Below are positions 36,067 to 48,862 of a DNA stretch of 64,000 nucleotides, piece by piece; within the stretch, counting starts at the first letter, position 1; the number at the start of each line of letters is the position of its first letter. This DNA is from Bigelowiella natans CCMP2755 (lineage: Eukaryota > Protista > Cercozoa). The DNA lies in assembly GCA_000320545.1 (NCBI GenBank), contig ADNK01000104.1, positions 1-64,000 on the forward strand, in the 5' to 3' direction. The notes under the pieces were generated by a model that saw nothing but the letters and a program-made list of their open reading frames with translations, was not told the origin of the DNA and did not search any database. The translations under genes and the position numbers were made by a program.

Positions 36067-38109
36067 CTAAAATCTTACTGGATCGAGTTTTACGACTACG
36101 AACCTCAAGTGCTTGTGCCAGGTTTTCTTCCACGCTTCCTGGTCAGATTTTGACACGTCTTTGTAAACGAAATTCACACGGAATGTATGATAATGCTTCT
36201 CCAAAGTGTAGTAGTAAATCGTGACAACTTTCGTATCCACAAGAACCTCGTCTTTGTGTTTGACTTTAAAGTCGTGAACATTTCCTTTAGCCATCTGATG
36301 CAGCACCTCAGCACTTGAAGCACCATCTATGTTTGTGTAGTTCGGAGGGCAAATGACCAGCGTGCTCGAATCCTTCAATTCGCGGATTTCCTCCAAGCAC
36401 TTATTCTTTTCTTCCTTACTATTTTCGCGATGGTGAATCACTCGTTTGTGTCGACTAAATGAGACAGTGGTAGTCTTGCCTTTCAATTCTTCTGGTAAAT
36501 GTGAGCCGACATGTCGGCCTTCAAAATTTCCCCCATTCTTTATGAGGTGAAACCACCTTCTTTCTGCCTCTAAACCAGACATACTTTCACTCTGCTTAGA
36601 CTGTTCCTCGGCAAGCGCCCCTACCACTCTGGATTCTACATAAGGGCTCAGGAAATCCAGGACAAAATCCGAACTAGTGTGCGAACCGTCTTCAAGAATG
36701 GGGCGGATGCAGAACACGGAACTTGGTAAAGCGACATCCCTAGGTTGTATCATCTCCACGTTTTCGCCAATCTTGCCCTGAAACATTCGCAACATGTGGT
36801 CTTGGGAGTCTTGAAACTTCTTGAACTTTTGCTCGTCCACAATGTGCCGCAACATCCCCCCGGCTATCTCGGATCGGCTTTTTAAGTCCTCGACAGTACA
36901 GTTTCCATCCGCCCCGCCACTCTCATTGTTTCCCGCAGAAATATCGTTGAATTCATCTTCTTGGATGACATCCGCATACAAGGTGAGATCCCGCTTCTTC
37001 GTTCCGGCCTTAAGGAGTTTCTCGACTTGCTTCCACTCCTTATTGGGCGAGCTTGCCACTACCACAAAGGCTTTTGTGATGTTGACATTTAGGTGCCCGA
37101 ATCCGTTCTCGGGATCGACGACAAGGTGTGTCGAAGTAGAGTCAAAGCTTTTCCATTCTTCACTGTGGAATGTTAAGGGGGTAACTACAGATGTTGAACA
37201 CTTGACTGTACCGTTCTCGACGTAGATGCAGTAAAGGATACCCTCTGGCACGGAATAGAACGCAACCTTCTCGTCATTTTTAAGCGCCACCTTGATGTAC
37301 ATTAGCAAAAAGGCCACATTCTTGGCTATACCACTTTGCCCAGAGAGTATACAGCAATCAATGCTCGACTTTCCCTCACGGTGAAGTTGATAACATTCTC
37401 GAAATCTGCGTACTGCTTCTGAAAATGCCTTGCGGTAGAAAAGAGTAACAGGGTGCTTGGACCCCCGAATCCAACTAGCACGATGCCCAGGTACGAGGAT
37501 GTTCTTCGTTATGCGCACCAGCTGCATTGCAGTCCCTTTTGTGAACGGAGTGTCTCTCAAAGCTTGGAAAAATTCTTCGGCATCCGTGTCAATCTTGAAT
37601 CGTTTGCCTGTGTATCCACGTAAAGCGGGACTATCAAACGATACTTAGAGAGGATGAGTCTAGTCACCTTTTGTTTTGCTTCCTCGTTCGTAATCCGATA
37701 TGCTTTTGCGCTTCTCCCCTGAAATCAAATCACAATAAAATTAGAACAATAGATTATTTGCACAGAGACATTGGGCATCACCCCCCCCTCCGCTTTCCTC
37801 AATTTCCATGGCTGAACACACACGCAAAAATATCTCAGCACAACGATTGTTCCTCAGATGTTGACAAAATTCATAACCTTGGGTTGCCTTCTCATATTTC
37901 TTTGTTATTTCCTCCAGCTTTGCCTTCTCCGCCTGGATTTCCTCGTCCAATTTGTCAATAGCACCCTTGAGCGCCTCTTCTTTCTCCTTATTCTTCTCCT
38001 TTGCCCAAGCGATGCTCAAAGCTTTTCTTTCTTCCCTCAGTTCCAAGATTTCCTTCTTTGTAAGTTGGATCTGAATTCCCCATACCTCAGAACGCTGAGA
38101 ACACATCAA
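36067..38109 (-). CDS. Crinkler/RHS (CR)-type protein: N-terminal coiled coil + P-loop NTPase + restriction-endonuclease-fold domain
   Basis: TLFYRKAF precedes a P-loop-like CILSGQSGIAKN. Also LVVDP (Walker B-like), VVASSPN, GGMLRH (GGxPR-like), and C-terminal PPNYTNIDG...LHQMAKGNVH (PD-(D/E)xK variant typical of CR-REases). Upstream exons KATQG|EKRKSISDYERGSKTKV|SFDSP splice in phase. The true start may lie further 5'. Confidence 0.7.
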
Positions 38110-38429
38110 AGCTGCTTAAGCTCCCGAACGCAAGCCTCGTAGGATAAGTACCTGTACTTTCGAACTTCTCCCTTCATTTTCATCATCGTATTGCTTCAAT
38201 TGTAGATTAACTTGTGTGGATTGCAATCTTATTCGAAATAATCAACAGACCTACCCAGCATTTGGTGAATACACTCCTCAGGACATTGAATTTGAAGATG
38301 CTTTGAGGATCAATGGGTGAAACCTGGGTACGAAAACACCATCACTGGACTGGAGCTTTGAGGCATCGTGTGTCTGGGAAAATGATAAATGATATTAATG
38401 TCTTTGCCATATCGGCCACACGTGTCAGT

Positions 38430-38575
38430 TCTTCACCGGAGACTCTCCATGCGGGCATTCCGGGATATATAAATGGGAGTCCCTAATATCTTCGGACACT
38501 AACCGACACTAAGGGGCACTAATGGACAATAATGCTCTCTCCGGGGATTCGCAGCTGGGAGAGTCTCCGTGAAGA
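38430..38575. repeat. Inverted-repeat hairpin enclosing four 10-bp iterons
   Basis: Arms tcttcaccggagactctcc (38430-38448) and ggagagtctccgtgaaga (38558-38575). Iterons cggacactaa ccgacactaa ggggcactaa tggacaataa at 38493-38532. Confidence 0.8.
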
Positions 38576-38594
38576 TCTTCACAGACGAGACTCA

Positions 38595-39530
38595 TTAGAG
38601 TCGATGAAGAAGCGGGAGGACCTTCCTCGGATGGGGTAGATTATTATCAATTCTATCCACAGAAACATTATCAGCAGTAAACTTACATTTACACAGGGGA
38701 CAAAAAGGATATTTACCAGCAATTCTACTTACCCATTTATCATCAATATATTCTTCATCTTTCCAAGTTCTACCAGCTCTTTTATCTTGGGATTTATATG
38801 AAGATACTTTCATTCGTAGTTTTTGAGTAATCATAGCATTCTTTATAGCTGTGCTGATATATTTGTATCTGTGAAAGGTCAGTTGAACGAGTTATAGCAG
38901 TCCAGAGCCACTTGCGATTAATTCTACAGGTGTTAGCATCGAATACGGTGATAGGGCCATCTACTGATAATCCTTGAAAACTATGACAGGTAGAGGCATA
39001 TGATAATCTAAAATGCTTACTAATTAATTCTATAGGAATTCTTATTTCTTCCATATCACATACATCTTGTATTACAAAATCTTTTTTGTTTACTTTGATA
39101 ATTTCATAAGTGTAGTTCACATATAGTTTTGGTTTCTTCTTATACTTTTTACATACAATCTCCATACCAGCATAGTAGCAAATACCATCTACACAAACTT
39201 TTTTTCTCGGTTACTTTTGTAGGCCGTGTATATGCTTACCTACTGAACGGGATCTAAAGTTGTAGAAGGTAATATTGTTAAGTGTCTTTACTTTATCCAT
39301 ACTTTTCACAACTTTAAAATATTTTTTTAATACATCAAATGGTTTAGTTTTTACATCAAACATTTCTTGTTTTAATTGTGCGAGAGCATTTCTTTCCTCA
39401 TCTGTTTTTACTCTTTCACATATTTTAAGAGTGATTTGGTTAGGAAACACAGCATTCATCGCTTCAGTTGTTCTGACATCAAGGTCTTTGATGTGTTATT
39501 AAACAGATATTTGTTTTTGTTTTCAAATGA
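38595..39530 (-). pseudogene. AT-rich remnant of an SF1B (PIF1/RecD-like) helicase C-terminus fused to an HNH-like Zn module; virus- or Polinton-like origin
   Basis: FRLSYASTCHSFQGLSVD (motif V), WLWTAITRS (motif VI), then CPLCKC...SVDRIDNNLPH. In-frame stop at 39211 and frameshift near 38820. Intronless and much lower in GC than the flanks. Confidence 0.75.
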
Positions 39531-39620
39531 GGGCTAAGTGTGGATGGACCTGTGACTGCTGTTTGACACAAACAGGTTGTTTTCATAAAAGACATGTGAT
39601 GTGCCCATCTAGCTAGCTGT

Positions 39621-39750
39621 GTTTTCACCATGTCGTCATTCTGGCAATTTGGTTCAGCAGCAGGTCGTCAGTAGGCAAATTTTCATGTTGCGCATTTTCG
39701 CATTTTTGGCGCGTGCCGATGGCAGGGAAATGAAATGTGCGGGGCATGGT
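39621..39750. repeat. Right arm of the inverted repeat, within TpA-depleted island 39540-40400
   Basis: 39635-39674 matches the reverse complement of 35740-35779 at 37 of 40 nt. Confidence 0.8.
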
Positions 39751-40660
39751 CCATGCACACATGCACGGTAGCGCACCATGTCGTCATTGTTGTCATCCGA
39801 CGAAGCCCTTCATCTCTCTTGAGCTTGGCGCATGCAAAAACAATCATCCTGGACCACGTGTTGTGTTGCACGTGATGTCATGCACACATTGCACAACAAG
39901 TGATTCAACCCCAACGGAGTTGGAAAAAAATGTGATTGGTTCATTTTGAATGGCGGAATCAAGGCTTTCGATTGCGCGCGCCCAATAACTTCAGCTCCAA
40001 CCGACCTCTGGCGGCTGCGAGAAAACTCATTTTTTGATGATGGACACAGCAATGCATGTCTGTCATTTTGTGAAGGTGCGTTTGAACTAGATGTGGCGTT
40101 GGGGTGAGGTTGCAGGTCTTGAGATGGAATTTTGTGGCATTGCGCGTGCAGAACGAAGCGCACCATCAAAATTGACGCACGCGCCTTGTTCAAGCGTGGG
40201 TCATGCTGTCGCATCCAGCAAGCCAGCCATGCAGCCAGCAAGCACTACGACCATTGTCTAGATTGTAGCTGCAGCTAGATGTTGCGTTGCTTGCATCATT
40301 GTGATCACCGTGCCATGGCTAACAATCATCATTGCTACGTGCATTGCGCCATGGCGTCAGAACGTTGGACTGTGACAGGTGCTAGCATGTGCTGATCTGA
40401 AACGCTCACTAAAAAGTTCGATCTACAGGAATTCTTGTTTCTTCCATTTCGCACACATCAATGACAAAAAATTCTTTTTTACTCACTTTTGTGATTCGTA
40501 GGTGTAGTTTACACATAATTTTGGTATTATGCAAAATGCCATGCGCGCGGTTTGAACTGGTTGTGGCAGGGCGAGAAGTCCAGACAAGCTCTTAGTCATC
40601 GATGTCATTTTTGAAGCGCGCGCAGCAGAGAGAATATAGTTTTATTCATCTTGTACAAAT

Positions 40661-41494
40661 TCAAAGGTCAGTCGAGTGCCTCGCAACAGCAAATCCTATG
40701 CTATTCGTATCCCGGTCAAAGCTCGTGAAGAATTTCCGGAAGAAGACATCTCCCAGAATCCATAGTGGGCCACGGGGACTAGGTACGTCAAGCGCCATGA
40801 AGCCCGGTTTACACTGCTGCCCTCGTGTTTGTGAAGCAATCATGTAGTACTTCGACTCTAGCCTGAAGCTATATTCCCCCCTGAGGAAGAGATGAGTTTT
40901 CAGCATCACAACCTCCTCGCCTTTCAGTTTGTGTTTTTGTTTTTTTGGTAATGTGTTAGCTGTTGTCCACCATGCACCTTTGGTCCTGTAGCACGTAGCT
41001 GATGTCGGGAAGGTCTTCGGTCTCGTCGCAAGAGGTTGTTGATATTCTATTCAAGATCACCGAAACCACCTGGAGATTTATTTTTGGTTACATAAACATC
41101 GTTAATGTTTATAACGCAACACGTTGAATATGGTTCTTCTGCGGGTGCTGCTTCGAATGCCTCTGTTACTACAACAGCTTGTGATAAATGCGATTTCGTC
41201 ACCTGGCTGGGCCCTGTGAGTAGAGAAGTGCCCGTGTCCGCGACGACTTTACATGTCTCACTTCCTGAAAAAGAAAGCTTCGGTTACGCTTCGGTTACGC
41301 TTCGAAACCAACGTCTATGGCTTTCCAATCTTACAACCATCATCATCGTTTTTATCATCGACAACTTCATGGAACAATTGGGAGGCGTACCTGGGCAGAG
41401 AGGCATCGTATCGGCCAGCGACACATCCTGACACATCGTAGAGCGGTGGATTATGCACGTGTGTGGAGTGTGGAGGAGATAATGACGACGACGA

Positions 41495-41533
<39 letters not shown>

Positions 41534-41721
41534 CCCATAGTGATGCCTATGGTGATGATGATGGACATTTTCATTATCATCGCTAGTATCATCGCTAGTT
41601 TATATCAGTATTACCCCAATTTTGATGTCCTTCAGAACTAGCTCCCAGTAGAACTTCTTTGAGACTTCGACGAATACCATCGGGGGCTTGAAGAGCTCCG
41701 GGCTTGGCTGCGATGTAAATA

Positions 41722-41758
<37 letters not shown>

Positions 41759-43952
41759 GTATAGAGGAGAGAAGAGCAAGGAAGGATAGGGAGGGGGCAA
41801 GACTACGGGGGATGCAAGAGAGACGCACACGCCTATCGAATCTCTCAGGACAACCGCCTCTTCTTCTTCTTCTTCTTCTTCTTCTTCTTCTTCTTCTCTT
41901 CCCACATTACTACCTCTCCAAGCACGACTCCTGCATCTTTTTCATCATAGTAAAAGCTAATCACGTTCCGCGAGAGCAGGTTCTGCTGAATAATGTTGTC
42001 GAAGGCTGGTGTATAGCCTGCGGCTGAGAGGGAGGGGAAGGAAAGCCCCAGGATCCCATCGAATCGACCCGTCAGGAATACTTGCCCGACCTATAGAGGG
42101 AGAAGAGCGGCGGAGATAAGGAGTAAGGAAGGAGAGGGCAAGATCAGGGGAGGAAGACAAACAATAGCGCGCACGCGCGTGTGTGTGTGTTTGCGTTCAC
42201 ATGCATGCGAAAGCACCTCATTTGTGATTTCCCCAAACGTCTGCATAGGCACGTCTAGAGGACCGAGCTTGAAGTTGTCCTGTGCCAGATACCTACGAGA
42301 AAGATTTAGGTATTAGCGCATGACCCCATGTATTTGTGATACGGGATGCATGCATCTCGACACAGCGAACGATATGAGGATAGGTTGACAGCAATATATA
42401 CATGAGAATAAATAGTATGATTGCGATATGCTGGAGCGTCCCTACCCTTCAATGCTGCCGGTTCCAAACTTAACGTTCATGTCCACGCCCACCACTGAAA
42501 ACGTCGAAGACCGTTTCCTGGTTTCGTATGGTGTGGTGTGATTGAGAGCCGTACATGCATGTATCCCCTCTAGCTGCAACAAGCTTTCCCGTCTCCCACA
42601 CAAGTATTCATATACAATAAGCGCAACCATATGCGAGTGTAATGGGCCTTTTAATGGGGTTTTGCGATCATCATCAATCACGCAAGCCCCAAATCTCACC
42701 CCGGGCGGCCACAACAGCTACAGACAGAGCAACAGCAGCAGCAATCACCTATCGAAACGATGATGGGCCATGCACGGCGCTGATGTACATTCGGTAGAGG
42801 TGATCCAAAGATTGGAGGAGCCCGTATCAAATATCACATTGAATTTCTGTGGAGGAGTGCCGACGTGAATCTGGCCTACATACTGATACCGACAGGAAGA
42901 AACAGAGGGGGGTGGAGGAAGACAGAACGATGCGAGAGTGAGAGTCAGAAAAGCGGCAGCTGTGGAAATGGTGTGTGTGCACCTGAGAGTTGTTGATATC
43001 GTCGAGATGGATTTTGTAGTTGGTCGTTCTGGCCTTGAACCGTGACTGGCGACTCTGGTTGTCTGCAGCCTGGATCTCCCTTTCGTCATTAGATTTCCCC
43101 ATTTCCATCCTACCAGCTCCTACAAATTCGTGGACGACGGAAATATTACATGATAACGACGAATCGGAGTTGTGAAATCAGCCATAGCGAATACACAGTT
43201 TTTGTTTCTTTCCGCGGCATAGCAGTTCAACTTCGTTTTGGTTGACTCCGATGCCGTCTTTGTAATCACGTACGTTTGAGTTGTTTTAATTCAACAAAGT
43301 GCGTGCATGATTCATACCTTGCTGTCCTCTTTCTTCCCGTTCAAATTTTCCATCTGCGCCCATATCTCGGTCTCCTCCCCTCCCCTCAGAGGACGAGTAG
43401 AAGGAAGTTAGAAAATCTTCATTGTCCTGCCGATCGTCATTCTCGTAGTAGGCGCTCTGGATTTGGTCGTGGTGAGCTCCAAGTCTCTGGAAAAACTCCT
43501 GCTCCTCCTCGTCGGAGTACTCGAGCCGCTGCAAGGGAACATGCAATGTCGAAGCCAGTCTAGAGCCTGAGGAAGTATGCACCTGTGCCGGCGAAATTGC
43601 CAATCATCACGGCAAGAGCAAGAGCAACAACAATTAGCACAAGCTTAGTCCGAACGCTCGCGAGAGTTAGAGTAAGTTAAGGTATGTGTCCATGTTGTTA
43701 ATGTTTGTTTGAAACGGACTCCTCTCCTCTTCGATAACTCTGTAAACTCGCAACCTGCACAAAGCTGGAGTCGAAAGAAGCAGAGGAAATTATGGAAGAG
43801 GAAGAGTTGTTCCCACGCTTGTTAATAGACTCCCCGCCTGCCCTGTGGATGTGAACGCCCTGGACCAGAAGCCGTCCGCCATCACGTGAGTCGACGTTGA
43901 GGACAAGAACGATAAGAAGAGAACTGATCAAGTCCATCGCCGCCCACACCAT
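40661..43952 (-). CDS. Pepsin-family (A1) aspartic protease with signal peptide and long prodomain
   Basis: [61 protein letters not shown] and [19 protein letters not shown]. Hydrophobic N-terminus [18 protein letters not shown]. Confidence 0.93.
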
Positions 43953-44331
43953 TTTTTCCTCTTTCTCTCTCCACTCTCTCTCCCCCCGGCTGCGTCTGCA
44001 CGCTGCTGGAGTCCTAATGAGGAAATTTAAAACTTCAAAAATTGAGTGGGCGAGAAAGCCGAAAAAATCCTGCACAAAAGTATCCCGACCTTTTTTATTT
44101 TGTTAAATTTTTCCCCTGCAGAAACTTCCTGGAAACTTTCGGAACGAATCTTGTTTGCGACAGGGCCTCCGAGATGTCGTCACAGGCTGGAGGGGGGGAG
44201 AGAGATGCAGGTTGGCATTATTATGCGACAATGGGATTTCTATGTCGTAGGGCGGAATGGAATTGAGTTTCTATCGATTTACACTACGAGTATCTTGGCA
44301 GAAACCAAACCGAGATTTGTGATTACGCAAA

Positions 44332-45144
44332 ATGGAAGAAGCTATCAAGGCCCTGGAGTTCGAGGATGAGAATACGGGGGAGGTTGTGCAGAAAGGGGAG
44401 GGATGGAGGAGGGAGAAGAAATATTTATTCCATACCAGACTGACTTTCTTTTTTTGTTATGGTGTACAGCCCCTTAAAATAATCAGCTTCAAGAAGCTCG
44501 ACGAGGAGCGAGCGAAGTTGTTTCGGGGCTCGTTCGAGGAGGTCATTCGGAAGGAAAGGGGCAAAGAGGGGTGGAGCGACTTGTTACATTTTGGGCTAGA
44601 TCCCCGATTTTATTCCTTATTTATCTTGTGTATTCTCTATTCACAGTGCAAGAATGGTGACATCATCTCGGTCGACTGTGGATCGGTCCTATCCCTTTCG
44701 CATTTTCCTAAATATTCTGAGAAGCAAAAGCAGCAGCAGCGCTCTCCCCTTTCCCAACGTGAATGATGTTTGATCTTCCATACTCAAGACGCATTGTTAC
44801 CTTTGTTTTGCTTACTATTGGCGTGCGCGAACCTACCAGGTTGAGCATATTGTGGTCTACGATGCTGGGAAGGCCAAGCCTGTTGTCGTCGAGTGCGGTA
44901 TCACCCTCGCGGAGCTCTCGCCTACGCAGCTTGTAATAGCTAATATTGTAGAGAAAGTTGTGTATGATAATGGTGCTGCCACGTTATCAACAGTAAACAT
45001 CTGTTTCTGATGGCATAGGTCGAGTACTGCTTCGAGGAGAAAGGGCCTTGGATGGTAAGCCGCTGTTCGCTGCCAGCCCTTGAAGCATATCGAAAGATGA
45101 AGTTCTCGCAGTGGAAGAAGGCAGTCACCCATCCTGATTGCATG

Positions 45145-45187
<43 letters not shown>

Positions 45188-45512
45188 TCGCGAGGAGAAG
45201 ATGTGGGATCTCTAAATGCCGTTTTCTCCCATTAAGGCCTCGTTCCGTCGCGTGCTGAAGATGGGGCTTGTAACCTCCATCTTTGACCATCTTGCATTTC
45301 CTGAGCCTTCGGAGGTAGTCACAATAACAAGCGGAACGTAGAGTGAGTGAATGCGCAGTAGGGCGGGAGGGGGGTTGCGTCGTTGTGTGACACTGTACCG
45401 TAGCCGTGCACAGATAGAGCAGTAAAGTGATTTTGTTGGATTTCGGACGCAAGAACATCGATTACTTTCATTATTTGTTTAGCACATACTCTCTCTCTTT
45501 CTCTCTTTCACA

Positions 45513-45554
<42 letters not shown>

Positions 45555-46777
45555 AATTGAGAAAAGGGATTAACAGATCGTAAGATTGTAATCTTCCCTG
45601 ACCACCTTCAGCATGAATCTATAGAGAAACGTTTGTGTTCACGATTGGGACGATGCTTAGTAGCTATCATCACCCCCTCTTCTCTCTTTTCAATCATCCT
45701 AGGAGGAGCAAAAGAAGTGGCAGGTCAAGAACGAGGCGGGAAAGATAATCCACATCCCACACCCGGTCCATAACTAGAGAGGAGTCACTCATTATTGCAC
45801 TGTTTCGAATTTTCATTATGTCTTCGTCGTAAGCGTTTTTCTGTGTAACCACAACGACAATGATGATGATAATGATGATAATGGTGATGACGATGACGAT
45901 GACGACGACGGCATGGTATTCGGATTGGAGAACAAAATACGACAAGTGAAGTTTGACAGCAGCAAGGTTTTCATGGTTACTAAACACTTTGCTGTCGATC
46001 GGTCACCATTAGGTGAAAGCCCTGCGTATCTGGAACAAGTCGAAGGTTTCTTGCATCCTTCATTTTTATCATCATGCTCTCTGTGCTCGTTCACTCGTTG
46101 CTTGAACAACAAGTTGCAGCACCGCCCCTCCGCCCCCACCCCTCCCCTTTCCCGTTCCCCACTTTGCCAGCAAACATCGATGATGTCTACATTATATACC
46201 GAGTCTCTGCCATTCAATTCGCACGTTCGGATTCCCGGCTGCACCCCCTTCTCTGCTTGCTCTCTTTCTTTCTGTCGCATCTTCTTTCTGCTGCTGCTAT
46301 ACGACGAACCACCTAATCATGAATGCTCTTTTACATAAATTATCGTCACCAGGGTGAATACGAGGCTGTGCGGGCCCATATGGAAGGCGCGCCCGAGCCC
46401 AAGGTCGGCAGCCTGATTCCTTAGCTTATTACCACGACTACAGGCATGAAAATTATGGATTGTGGGAAAACGATGATGTACATCGTGCACTGACTAACAA
46501 ACGCGAGTGGTTACTACTTACGTAGGACGCTGAAAAGTACTGGCAAGATATGCTCAATGACTTGCGGGAGACAAGGTATTGCTACTGCTTTGGAGATTGG
46601 CAAGATGCACGCACGCACGACATTACGAATTTTTTTTTCCTAAAGCTTTGATCACAACACCCCGACCAATTATTACCCTCTCTCCCCGGAGGCATCGTAG
46701 TCTGAACAATAATTTGTATATGCAGAGGGACGAAGCTAATTGACGACGTTCTCGCTACCAACTTATCGGAAACGTAG
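44332..46777 (+). CDS. Multi-exon hypothetical protein
   Basis: Chain of short GT-AG exons: MEEAIKALEFEDENTGE|PLKIISFKK...|ALEAYRKMKFSQWKKAVTHPDCM|ASFRRVLKMGLVTSIFDHLAFPEPSE|...|GEYEAVRAHMEGAPEPK|DAEKYWQDMLNDLRETR|GTKLIDDVLATNLSET*. Confidence 0.65.
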
Positions 46778-47476
46778 GAGGTTGTCGATTGAGTAACGAA
46801 CATGTTTTATCATCACACCAGCCAGCAGCGGCAGTAACAGCATCGCTGTGGTGCATACCAACAGATGTGGATTCAATTCACCTCTTTTCGACTCGGGAAC
46901 ATCTTACCGCTCTTGTTTGTCATCATGATCAGCATTTTTGAAGCATGGGATCGATGGATTTTGACACATTTTATAGCATCAAAATGAACAGTATGTTGAC
47001 ATCTATGATCTCCTTGCCTATCACATGCGGTTAATTGGAATGTGACAAATCTTGTAGATGTAGTTGTGCGCATACTAGTATAGCTATATAGCTTCAATCA
47101 CACAAAACATACGCCATGCGCATGCTAACATGCATGTGCCTGCGCTGCAGAATACACTTATATTGACGAAGCTGCTTGTGCTGCACTTGTGCAATGTATG
47201 AAGTCATGCGTGTCTATTATGCGCTTATCATGATGACGTGACAATAATCTAGCAATGGCGGGGTACGCGGCTGCCCGTCATGACTGTAAGCTTCAGTACG
47301 CCATGCTAGCATGCATATGCCCATCCTGTGTGGCGTACAGCAATTAGACAATTACAACGTTTACAGTTGCGTCGATATGACACAAAAATATTTGCGAATT
47401 GCTAAAATCGCACAATGCGTGGCAATATTGGACGATGACGACGCTGATAAGCGATGCCGAAATTGGCCGGAAACGG

Positions 47477-48820
47477 CTATCGCCTTCCAGTCTGGAATTT
47501 CCACAGAACAAAAGCAAATAGTAGCTGGAAAAACACCTGTTAAAGAGGGAGGGGGGGGGGGGGGGGGAAGTAGTGGGATAGTGATGTTATTAGTAGTTGA
47601 GGTCAAATATGGCACTCTATAGTTGGCAACAGCTGTCGGAGGAGAAGTAGTAGTCCTAGAAACAGCTTCATCATTTTAATTAGTGTTGGATCCAAGATGG
47701 TCTAACGAGCGCGATATCGTGCTCATACGGTGATATATATATTGACACTGTTTATTGCTGATTTGTTTATCGTCCTCTGCCTTGCGGCAGCGACGTTCGC
47801 TACTACCACGTATGCAAACAAGATCCCGAACTCGGTAGGAACATCCACATCGTTCATTGAGTAGAATTTCAGCACCTGAGCAGACCAAACAGCAGCAAAA
47901 TCGGTGGTGATGCTGGCGGCGGTTCATGGCTACGCAATTGACCTTAAACAAAATGTTATAATGCGACATCATCGTTACAATCATCATCAGCATCATCAGC
48001 ATCATTATTGTCCTTATCCTCATCTCATCATAATGGTTCCAGCTATCGTCATGACTGTGATTGTGGTTTGCCGAAATGCTTTCTCCCCCCCCCCCCCCCC
48101 CCCTTCTCCATTGCGCTTGCCCATTCTACCGCCTCTCCAGATTGGAAGAAAGAGTCGCTGTCGAAACTATCAATCGAATCGAATCTGCAGTCGAGGATTA
48201 TACATCACAAAAAGAAAGGGAGAAGACGAATACGAATCATATGGGGAGGAGGAAGAGGAAAAGGAAGAGGAGGAGGAGGAGGAGGGCACACGACAGGCTC
48301 CGCATTTTAAATAATCTACAAATGAAGGGAGGAGTAGTTTTTGGCCCGCTTCATCACCAATTATCCCCTCCTCACCCTCCCCCCCCCTCCTCTCCAACCC
48401 CATCCCCCGCCCCCTTTCTGCAAGAAGCGAAGCGTTGTAATAAGACGAACTCGTTGTGCATGAATATGCGGAAGCTATAGGTAGAGAAGCCAAGATGGTA
48501 GCCCCAAATGAACCACGGAGGGATTTGGCTCTTCACTATGAAAAAGCCTTGGCAGAGCATGAAAAAGCCGTAAAACCTATAGCAGGCCAAGTCGCAACGC
48601 AATGGCGGCAACACACAAGTGACAGCATCAGGAGCGAGCAAGCAGAGGGTTGGATGCTACAGATCTATTCTTTCAATTTTTCCTTCCGCAAAGGATGTTG
48701 TAGACGGTCACTGCCTGCATGCAATATTATTACCCGGCGGCGAGGGCAATGCCGATGATGTAGTGCGGCACCAGCACGGCCATCACAGACATGAATCCTG
48801 CATTGTGTGTATATGTGTAT

Positions 48821-48862
<42 letters not shown>

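Noticed and set aside
39540-40400. CpG-methylation decay or classical RIP as the cause of the TG/CA excess
   Set aside because: CpG is abundant (e.g. ttgcgcgcgc) and TA is depleted rather than enriched.
47249-47281. CTAG next to a GC hairpin as a Helitron 3' end; 10-mer shared with 22114-22123
   Set aside because: Hairpin spacing is atypical, CTAG is common in these islands, and a 10-mer match is expected by chance in 64 kb.
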